Source: Podarcis tiliguerta
Taxonomy: Eukaryota
Assembly: GCA_965153285.1 (NCBI GenBank)
Contig: OZ229123.1
Length of the DNA stretch: 64,000 nucleotides
Strand: one strand, 5' to 3'
The notes under the pieces are model-generated. The model had not been told where the DNA came from. It ran no database searches and saw nothing but the letters and a program-made list of their open reading frames with translations. Below are positions 36,501 to 47,052 of the stretch, in pieces (the first letter of the stretch is position 1; each line of letters begins with the position of its first letter). The position numbers and the translations under genes are program-made.

Positions 36501-39500
36501 CAACACTTCATCTTTCACTGTCCTGAGTATATGCAGATTTCAGCAACCATCTCAATGGGCAAAGCTCTGAGTTCTGCCTGCATGAATCTCAACGTCAATC
36601 ATTAGCCCTCATGAAATCAGAGTTACAACCATTTATATAGTTTATGACAGTTCTGAATTTTTCCCCGTCCGCCTTCCTTTTGAGGGGATCCATTTTAGCC
36701 AAAGTAGGCGTAGCAAGCCAACTTGATTCCTTGGTTTGCAGCCTATTCCAAATTCAAAAGTAGGCTGAGAGCAAGAGTTGCTTGACTTGAGATGTTACGA
36801 AATAAGTGAATTACCTTCCTAATGCAACAAAACCCAAGCACTTCCTACACACCTCATCTTCTCACTTTACACATCCCAAATGTGTGTTCTCACACACAAT
36901 GGGCACAACCCTAGCACTATTTCATGTGCAAAACATGCATACACATACAAAAAATGTGCCACAAACGCCTCAAGGAAAACCCTCCTTAAGCGCTCATATT
37001 TTCAACATTTGAATCAAAACAGGAGATAAGTTTGAAGAAAAGAATGCTGAGACAATGTCTAATTTCATGGTACAGGTTGTATGTCTACAGTACTGGCTTG
37101 CATTGGTCTGGATGCCTTTGGCAAGCAGCAATAATTTCCAGACAACAAAGCAAATGAGTTTTTGTAAATAAGAATTTGTTCTTCCAAACAGCTGATACAG
37201 CACTAATGATTGATGTATGTGGTCAGGTAAGCTAATAATGGGCAAAGGAGATTCCACCCATTTGGAGTCTACACTAGCTATGGTTCAGTGGGCATGAATG
37301 TGTCAAAACAGCCTAGACCAACAGGTTCCATAGCAAAATAAGTCTGGCTAAATCTTTAAAAAATGAGCTACCTCTAAAGAACAAGTTTGTGTGTACACAA
37401 GTTCTTTTAATTTATTACCCACTCTTCACCCTAAGGGTTCCTGAGCAGGTTAGAAAGTTCCTCCCTCTAGCATATTTATTGACTCACTCTAAAAGTCACA
37501 AATTTCAACAGCTTGCCAAAAGCCATCCATCACCTTCCCGAAAGGGATTTGGTCAAGGGTGCACAAGTGGCTTTATTTTACTCTGACCATAATCTGATGA
37601 ACATTTAAGGTTCTGCCTCAGTGTAGAGGTTGATATGTTTTATACCTCCTTTTAACTTTGTATGCATATGCATAAGTCTTAATCTAAAAAACATGTTGTC
37701 GGGGGGGGGGGTAGCTTGCTCAGCTCTACTGTTGCTTTCACAATCACAGTCAGCCCAATGTTAAGGTTCCCAATACCACTTTTTCTCCCATATATTAACA
37801 ATCCATAACACCAAGAAGCAAAAACATGTTCTAATTATGAACGCACTTCAGTACGGAGGCAATACACCTTGTTCCATTTTCACACCTTCATTCATTTCCA
37901 TATTATTAATACTTATTATTATTTATTGAAGTTATATACCACCGTATACCCGCAGGTCATATAACACCTTTTGCAAGAGAAATGAATTCATTTCATCAAG
38001 TTTGTGAGAGAGGTTGCTCTATTCCTATTCTATAAGAGCAGCACGGGGAAAGAACTGAGGTTAGACATGGACTTATGTGCCGCCTCATAGCAAGAAAGCA
38101 ACAGAGCTGCAAAGTTCCCCTGTGACATGAGCAGCTCCAAAGCCTCAGCATCAAGCTGTTCCAATGATGGATGGGAGCATCGTTTTCTGGGGATTGGTCA
38201 AAGACTACCAACAATTTGAGAAGATTTTACTGAAGGAGAGACTGACACCAAACACAGCACACTAAAGGTGTGTGACAGCCACCAGCAGCAGCTAATGAAA
38301 AATACTGGAGGGGGGGAGATGCACTCCACAGTTATGGAGCATGAAGGAATAATTATAGATTATCTGTCATGCAATCAAAGCAAAAAAACAACAAAGTCCT
38401 CAAACAAATTATTCAGCGCCTTCCTCTCAGACCCCAACACAACACATAACCTCAATCTCTTCCCATGTGAATTCACCCTGAGGTGCCTCCCTTCCTGGTA
38501 ACAAGAGTGTGGTTTTCCGACATGCCAAATTAAAGATGACTAATTTAGCATGTATCTTGTCAAGTATCTCAGAGTCTTGTCACTGTGATGACAACCAAAG
38601 TCATTAACAGGTACACAACTCTACCGTGAAATTCCAGTACTTGCCCTGAAGTCATCAAGGTTTGCCTCACCTGCCTGCTTACTTCACTTCCCACAGACGT
38701 TAATGTGAAGTAAGAGGCACACAAATGGATTCAGGCCTGTGGATCAGACACATCAGAGGTTCTCAAACAGTGGTCACAGACCACTGGTGAACTGCAAGTT
38801 CCCTTTAGGTGGTCCTGGGAAAAGCTGTGGAACAACTGGATTTCTTCTTCTTCTTTTTTGATGACTAACAAGACCATATAGAGCTGGGACCAGATTACTA
38901 AACAGACTATGGCCCATGATTTTCATACAACAGCACTAGCGCAATATGGGATTTTCATCACTCCACCTCAAGTCTAAATACAGAAGCAGGAAAAATGTTG
39001 CAACTGACAAACCCAACTTCAAATAACTTTTGTTCACAAGAACAGGTACATTCATCACATTAGAAAAGACAATACTATGGTTATTAAGATACTAGTTAAA
39101 CATGTGCTTTGCTTTACAGAACAAAAAAAAGTTTCTTAAGTGGTTTGCTGAAAAAAGTTTGAGAACCAATAAACAACTTAAGTGAACAGGGCCCTTTCCA
39201 ATGTATGTTCAAAGAAAGCATAATTAATCATTTTATGGCTGTTGTCCCAAATCTACATAGTTGGAAGTATGTCTGGCTGGAAGCAATGAAACTTATTTCC
39301 AACCATACGCACTACTGCAACAGTTTGACTTCACCCCCAGGGACACACTCCATTGTCTCTTGAGACAGATGGATGACAACAACACACTTTGGGCTGATAT
39401 ACAATAAATCTTCATCTTTTGTGAAGTCATGTCAAACTTAATTAAGATAATGTTCATCATGCCTGTATCCATATTTTTAAAAAAAGTTCTTAACACATTT

Positions 39501-39999
39501 TCGGGGGGGGGGAATTAAATGCACAAAGTGTTCAACAACTCACTTTGGTGCTTTCAAGGGAAGCAGTTTAACCAAGAAGCCTTTTTAGTTCACTTCAAGA
39601 GCGGCTGAACAGTTTCCCAGATGAACTTATTTTCAAAAACATGGCACGCAGCTTTCCATCTCTTTTGCTCTCACAGAACATTTCCTGGGTGCTCCTATTT
39701 CAGCTTTGCTCAGCAAGTGCAGAGGATCGCTATGCAGGGGAGGCCTTCTCAACTGCACATAAATTCTGCCAGCACCAGCATCAGGAGGAGGGCCAAACTC
39801 ATTCAGCTTTTTATTTGTGTGTGTGTGTGACAACAAATGCAGAGCTTACGTTGCCCTGGAAAGTGCAACCCATGCAACAGTGAGAGGGAGGGAGGGAGGG
39901 AGAGATCTGTGGCAACTGGATTAAGGGCGAAAACTTTCCTACCTCGGGATTTGGATCTCCATCCTCCCCCACAAAAAAAAAAAAAAAAAGAAAAGAAAA

Positions 40000-40860
40000 G
40001 AGGGCGAGCGCGGGGGCTTAGAGAAAAATATGTCAAAACAAGGAAGAGCGTGACTTTGCTGCTGCTCCTATTGTCCCTCCCCCCATTCCGTTTTGTGGGT
40101 CACACATTACCCCATTTCCCTCCCTCTTCCAGACGACCCTCCAACTACCTCCCTCGCTGTATCCCCTGGAAAGACGGGAGCTGCATGCCAGAGTCCTCCC
40201 AAGTTCTCCCCACTTTCCCTTTCCAACCCTCTGCCACCACTTGCCCTGAGGCTGCCCCTCCCCCTCCCTTGGCCTGAGGCTGCCCCTCACTCTCGCCCCC
40301 TCAGCGCCCTCTTCACCTGGCCCTCCCCTCCCAGCCACTCACCCCCCCGAGGCTGCCACCGCCTCCCGCCACCGACACTTCCTGCTTCCTCAGGCGGGAC
40401 TTGAGGCTCTTCATGATGTTACTGCCGCCGCCACCGCTGCCCCTCAGACTTCGGGACGGGACGACGCTCGGCGCCGGCGCCCCTTTCCTCGCCCCGCCCC
40501 TCCACCCACACCCGGCCAATGGGAGACGGCCAGGCCCCCGCTGCAGCCATTGGGGAGGCGGATCCTCGGGGGAAGGGCGGGACTTCCTTGGTCTCCTTCG
40601 GCAAGCGGCTCCCTGAACGAGGACTCCGTACCTGGGGCGGGAGAGGGGCGGGGCTGGCCAGGTGCCTGTGGGGCCACGCCCCCTAGGCGGGGAGGAGGCG
40701 GGAGGCTGGGCAGCTTTAAAAAGGGCCTCGCGGACCCTGCGCTGGAGGAGCGGCAGCTACAGCCGCCCCGGTGGGAGGCACGTTGGGCTGCCCTCCGCGC
40801 GTAGCATAGCGCGGGCGAAATAGGCAGGAATCAGTGGCGCATCGAACGTTCGCATTGCTA
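40000..40860 (-). promoter_or_regulatory. CpG-island promoter of UACA exon 1a
   Basis: Dense CpG and high GC; GC boxes at 40491-40500 and about 40634-40653; CCAAT at 40516-40520 and ATTGG at 40549-40553, just upstream of the ATG. Confidence 0.8.
40343..40414 (-). CDS. UACA: UACA first coding exon 1a (MKSLKSRLRKQEVSVAGGGGSLGG)
   Basis: ATG at 40414 inside a CpG island; matches the MKSLKSRLR N-terminus of UACA/RAI14-family proteins; phase-0 GTGAGT donor at 40342-40337, in frame with exon 2. Confidence 0.92.
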
Positions 40861-42234
40861 AGATCTGATAAAGTTGACAATCTTTTCTTGGACTTTGCTG
40901 TTTTAACTCATGTCCAACTCATTCTACGTGCCTATTTTATAGCTTTTTAAAATCTTTTTGTCTGTTTTATATACATTATAAAATGATAACAAATAAATAA
41001 ATTTGCCAAAAAGACGACCCCCCCCCCACTAACCTTGCTGAAGCTGAGCAGGCCTGGATGTGTGGCCTGCATGGCCACCCTTGCATCCTGAAAGGGCACC
41101 AGCCACAGGCCCATGGGGCAAGGGGGCAAGTGCTATTGATGGCTAAGCCCATCCTGAGCCTTGGCCCATAACTAAGGGGGGCAGTTGCCCCCCAAATCAA
41201 TGTAAATCTAAGGTTCTGCCCCCCCAAAAAAGTTTGCCCCCTCCCCTACAAATTGTTGCTATGCCCATGAGGCTCAGGGGAAATTAAAAGGACGGACTTA
41301 TTCAAACAGCACATGGTTAAACTCTGCAACTCAGTCCCGGAAGTGGCAGTGGGTGGCCACCAATCGAGATGGCTTTTAAAAAGTATTAGACAAATGCATG
41401 GAGGAGAGAGCTGTCGATGGCTACTAGCTGGGAAGCTGTTCTCTGCTGCCAGAATTAGCAGCAGAAATGCTTCAAAATACCGATTGCTGGAAACCACAGG
41501 AGGGGAGAGGGCTCTTGTGGGTTTCTCACAGACATCTGGTTGTCCACTGTGAGGACAGGGATACTAGTCAAGATGGACCACTGGCTTATGCTCTTAAAAG
41601 GATGGGTGGCTGGGTCCTGACCCTACCCCACCCCAAAAAGAGGCTTTTAATGAGGAGGGAGGGAAACAAATATTTTCAGAGTACCCAATGGGAATAATAG
41701 TTTTATGTGGGGAAAAAGAAGATGCAGAAAGATGCAAGCCAGTCCCCTGCTCCAGACAATGACCCTACTTGGATTGCAATAGGACCCATTGCAGTAAGAC
41801 TGCCAGCTGTCTGGAATTGGCATTGATGTAACCCAGCCTGATGCCCTCCAGATGTGTTCGACTACAAGCCAGCATGACGGGGACCATCCGCCTCTTTCCA
41901 AAGGGTCACATGTCATGCGAGTCTGCCTCCTGAAGATGACGCTTTCCACAAGATCTGATGGCCGATCTTATCAGGGTTGTTTACCATGGGAAAAGAAACC
42001 CAATTTTTTTCCACATTGCAGTTAGAAAGGATCCTTCCATGTTGGCTCAGGAAAGAATCTCAATGGAGAAGCTAAATGTCTGGGGGACGGGGAACAGATG
42101 CTGCAGGCAGGAGGAGTTTAGCTCCTAAGAGGCCTCATCAGGTCCCTTCCACCTGGGCACTCTCCCTACCAGGATCTCCACACAGCTGGGGAGCTTCTGA
42201 CAAAGGGGAGGAGTCACAGAGGCAGTGACTCCGT

Positions 42235-42935
42235 GAATCACAGAATTGTAGAATTGGAAGAGGTACCAAGGGTCATCTAGTATAACACTCTAAAACAAAG
42301 GAATCAGAGCTAAATTAAACCTGAGAGATGTCCATTCAACCTCTGTTTAAAACCTTCCAAGGAATGAGCGCCGTGGTCCATTCCATTGTCAAACAGTTCT
42401 TACCATCAAGGAGGTTCTTCCTCCGTCTCTACCGGTGGAGGAAGATTGGAAGAAATTTAAAGGCTATTTACAGAAATATTATAAAATTAATGAATGTTAG
42501 AATGACGTTGGATGGAGGTTAAAGGGTTATTAGTAATAATGTGGTGGAGTACGGAAAATTTGAAGGTTAAAAAGAGGAAGAATTAAAGGTATAATACACT
42601 AAGATAAAGATAAAGATAAGACAGAGGGGAAGGGATTTGCTGATTAAATATTTGAATTGGAATACAGAGAGGGGAGGTGTGGGGAAGTCTGGGAAACAAG
42701 CAAATGTAAGAAATACTATGAAAATGGAATTGTTTTTACTTGTTTTTCTTTCTATTTTTGTATTTTTCTTTTTCTTTTTCTTTTTAATGTGAAAGTCTTA
42801 ATAAAATATTATATATATAAAAAAAACCAAGGAGGTTCTTCCTAATGCTAAGTCAGAATTTTCTTCCTTGTCATTTGAATCTACTGGTACGGGCCCTAGC
42901 CTCTGGAGAAGCAGAAAACAGGCTTGCTCCATCTG
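42235..42935 (-). mobile_element. CR1 LINE 3' fragment, interrupted by the L1 insertion
   Basis: GAATCACAGAAT tail and GGTCATCTAGT motif; homologous to the host at 11420-12600. Confidence 0.75.
42423..42827 (+). mobile_element. 5'-truncated L1-clade LINE (last ORF2 codons, 3' UTR, A-rich tail)
   Basis: Encodes VEEDWKKFKGYLQKYYKINEC*, related to VEKDWRKFKEYLQKHHKIKNV* of the 11.9-kb element; AATAAA near 42800; TSD CAAGGAGGTTCTTCCT at 42407-42422 and 42828-42843. Confidence 0.85.
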
Positions 42936-43595
42936 GTCATGCTGGCTGCTTAGGGAAGGCTGATGCAGAAGAATTAAAGTCACATATGGAGCTGAAATCT
43001 AAAATATGAAGCCATTAGCAAAATGAGAAAGACCCCGGGGAACAGCTTAGATCATAACTGACTTATCAGGGCCCGTCTGTCGCATCTAAGCCTCACGATG
43101 CTTTGCCTTGAGAGCATCCACTTCAGTTGCCGCTAGACTCTGTACACAGGTGGGCCGGTTCTCATTCATACTTCAGCTGTGATTCCTGCGCTGCAGCAGG
43201 TTGAACTAGATGGCCCCTGGGGTCCCATCGACGCTACATTTCTATGATTCTAGCATGTGATTGCAAGCATAGGTCTGTGCAATAGGAGGAGACAATAGGA
43301 GAAGCATAGGTCTGTGCAATAGGAGAATCCGCTGGGATGGGGGGGAGGTTGGAGTTCTTTACAAGATACAAAGCCATTGCTGCAAACCCTCAATGTTCCG
43401 AGATCTCTCAGTGCCACCAAGCAGTTCCTGTTCTGAGCACAGGAATAGCCAGCAGCTCCGTGTCATAAAGGCTGCTAACCATTTATTTGCACAAGCAGAA
43501 GACTGGTGCTAGCAAGAGGTGTCTAGACGAGGTGTATAATGCATGATAAGCCTGGCCCAAAAAACCACGGGAGCACTCACAGAATCTTCTTGCTA

Positions 43596-44345
43596 GAACC
43601 AGTATGGTATAGTGGTTAGAATGTTAGACGAGGATCTGGGAGACCAGAGTTCAAATCCCACTCGGCAATGAAGCTCTCAACTGGGTGACCTTGGGCCCGT
43701 CAACACCTCTCAGCCTAATTTTACAATACAGTGGTACCTTGGGTTACAGATGTTTCAGGTTACAGATGCTTCAGGTTACAGACTCCGCTAACCCAGAGAT
43801 AGTACCTCGGGTTAAGAACTTTGCTTCAGGATGAGAACAAAAATTGTGTGGCAGCAGTGCGGCAGCAGTGGGAGGCCCCATTAACTAAAGTGGTGCTTCA
43901 GGTTAAGAGCAGTTTCAGGTTAAGAATGGACCTCTGGAACGAATTAAGTTCTTAACTCGAGGTACCACTGTATTTCAAAAAGTGAAAATCTGAACACAAA
44001 AGTTGTTGAACTTTTGTTAAAAATTGCCCAAAGTTGTTTAGCCTTTTTTTTTTTGCAAAATCTCAAAAAAGAAGTTTTTGAGCCGTATTTCAGGAAAATC
44101 ACCAAAATCTAGACTTCAGACATTGGCTGCCATACATCTGGATTTTCCTGGACATTTTAGTGATTTCCGCCCAGACACTGCTTCCAACTGCAGTATTCTG
44201 GCTATGTCCAGGAAATTCCGTATGTATGGCAACCCCATCTCAGCCTAACCTACCTCACAGGGTTGTTGTGGGAGTGAAATGAGGAGAACCATGTCTGCCA
44301 CTTTGAGATCCTTGGAGGGAAAAGGTGAGGTATAAATGCAAGAAA
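43596..44345 (+). mobile_element. Squam3-like SINE split by nested DNA transposons
   Basis: Head at 43596-43718 and tail at 44238-44345; TCTCAGCCTAA repeated at both junctions. Confidence 0.7.
43729..43970. mobile_element. Tc1/mariner (Tigger/pogo-like) MITE
   Basis: TIR CAGTGGTACCT...AGGTACCACTG, TA on both sides, internal CAGGTTACAGA repeats. Confidence 0.85.
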
Positions 44346-45649
44346 AAAAGGAAACAATATGATCGTTGCAAAGACAAGGACTAGCAATGGGTTCCTACTC
44401 TCAACTATTCCAACAACTGCAATTCATGCCAAGATGCAGTTTGTCTGTTTTAAAGTGCTGCACACGGGGAGAAAAGCTGTTTGGTTTTTTTGAATACAAG
44501 ATGCTTGGGGAAGACCCCCCACTTTTTTTGCAGATTTATTGCCATATTAAACCTCCCAGGATTTGACAACAAAATCACCGAGGGCCAACCTTGATCAGAG
44601 TGTAGCTTTCTGAAAAGCCCCGCATTCAAGACCCCCAACAGAGCAGCCACAATCTGAAAATAAATCCTCTAATTTTATACCTGCCCCCATGCTAGGAATT
44701 CAGGCCATGCTTGCGGGTGACCTAAAATTATAGGAGGTTACAGACGTGATATTTATCATTTTAAAAGTAGCACTACGCTGGTGGCTGAGATGCCCCATGC
44801 CTCCTCCTCCACCACCCCCCCAACCCCGCCACTGTGGGCTATTTGTAGTTTGGGGCGCATCAAGAACATACCAGACAGCTCTCCCGTCTCCTGCCTCGTT
44901 TGTTTTCCCTCGTCCAATACAAATAAGGCAATTGCACGACACGCTGTAAACTTAACCTGCCGGGTGACACACGGCCACAACAATCCGAGGCATGCTCCTT
45001 TGGGGTCAAAACCTTCCCCCCGTGTTGCCTGAAATCTGCCTTCAAACGGGATGGAAAGCAGCCTGCACCGCTGCTCAAGTTAGAAAGCCAGTGGCATTTG
45101 GAAGGAAAGATTCCAGAGTCCAGAGGAAATGCTTTTACAGTTTGGACATTGAGAAGGCACAACTATGTTCACCCTGGCCCCGCGCCCTCTCTCTCCCCAC
45201 CACCATCAGGACGAATTAGGAGCAAATTGGCCCGTCATAAGCAACAAGAAGTGTGCAAGCCAAGGTTTAGTCACAGGGACACTTATCCAGCTTAGCCTAA
45301 CACACTTCAGCCAGTAATCCATCCTTGCACAGCTCAAGTGTGAATGAGAACCTGAAGAAAAAGTTGGAAGCGAGGGAACCGTCCCCTAGTACTGCCCTTC
45401 CACAAACTGGGGCGCCCCAGGCATTTTGGACTACAATTGCTGGCAGTCCCTCCCAGCATAGCTGTAGGAGGCTGGGGCTGATGGAGATGAAGGGCACCTA
45501 TCTCTATCTCCAACATCAAAGCAATGGCTTTGCTGCTATAGCCCCAAAGCACCAGTTAAGGTGGGGGAGATGACCTTTTAGCAGTAGGGCAACCTCCCCG
45601 CTTGCAACCTTGCACATGCTGCTGTATGGCAAAGCCACATTTGTAACCC

Positions 45650-46350
45650 CTGTAAGAAACCCGCAAGCAGGATTCAGGCATAAGAGCTCCCTCACTTCCT
45701 GCGGTTTCCAGCAACTGGTACTCAAAATCCTTGCTGCTGCCTCCAACTGGCTAGTAGTCACCGATAGCCTTATTCTCCATGCATCTGCCCATTCCTCTTT
45801 TAAAGCCATTGCTGACATCAGCACCTCTTGTGAGAGCAAGTTTAATAACTTTAAGTATGCACTGTGTGAATAAGTCCTTTCTTTTTATCTATCCCAAATC
45901 TCCCAACAGTCAGTCGGCAGAGCGTGAGACTGTTGACCTCGGGGCCATGGAGTCGAGCCCCATATTGCACAAAAGATTCCTGCATTGCAGGAGGTTGGAA
46001 TAGATGATACCTTCCAGTTCTATTATTCTGCTTGCTGATTCAGCATCACTGGATGTCCACGAGTTCTAGTGAGATGAGAGAGGGAGGAAAACCATTCCTC
46101 TATCCACTTTCTCCATGCCATGCATTAGAATATTCTATACTAATTCAATCCCATGCACAATTTTATAAACTTCTATCCTATTATCTCTTACTCGCCTTTT
46201 CTCTCTACACTGAAATGCTGCAACTTTTCTTCATAGGACAGTCGCTCCCTCTGCTTGATCACTTTGGTTGCCCTTTCCTGAACTTTTTCTAACTCTTCAA
46301 TATCCTTTTTGAGGCGAGGCAACCAGAACTGCACACAGTATTCCAAATAC
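45650..46350 (-). mobile_element. CR1-type LINE fragment containing a nested tRNA-Lys-headed SINE (about 45908-46030, + strand)
   Basis: CR1-like antisense motifs (CAGAACTGCACACAGTATTCCAA); inner TCAGTCGGCAGAGCGTGAGACT head with a CR1-type tail. Confidence 0.55.
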
Positions 46351-46868
46351 AGTGCAATAGGATGCTACCCTCAGGGCACTGACCCTTGCTTCAGAACTGG
46401 AATCCAACTAAGGCCACATACTCTCTTGCTCTGCTGCCAACACTCGGCCTTACCTTTTGTGTTGGCCTTAGGAGTGGCCTGCACAGTCGTGGCACGAGGC
46501 CACTGTACAGATTCCTCGCTGATCTCCTCCAGCAGAAAGGGAACTTTAGCAGCAATGTCAGATTGAGGCTCACACTCTTAAGTAGCACAGAACAGCCTTT
46601 GTCAACCTGGTGCCCGCCGGTTTAAACGCAGACTCTGGTTCAGGGCAACTTCTGGCCTCCCCAACGCAGCATCTGAATCAGGTAGGGGCAGAACCCATGG
46701 CCCTCCAGAAGTTGCTGGAGTCCAGTTACCATCAGCCCAGCTGATGCAGCCAATGGACAAAGATAGGAAGGATTAAAATTCCTGCAACATCTAGAGGACC
46801 ACAGGTTCCCCATCCCAGATCTAAGAAGATTTAAGTAGAAATACATGATGAAAGCAAGCCCAGCCTAT

Positions 46869-47052
46869 TGTAAGAGCTGTTTGACAGTGAAACAGACAAC
46901 CTCGGAAGGTGTAAACGCTCCTTCATTGGAGATATCTAAGCAAAGGTTGGGTGGACACCTGTCAGCGATTCTTTAGTCATGATCCTTGCAGTGCCGGGGT
47001 TTAGACTAGACGATCCTTGGGATCCCTTCCAACTCTACATTTTATGATTCCA
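46869..47052 (+). mobile_element. CR1 LINE 3' end
   Basis: GTAAGAGCTGTTTGACAGTG...CCCTTCCAACTCTACATTTATGATTC. Confidence 0.7.
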
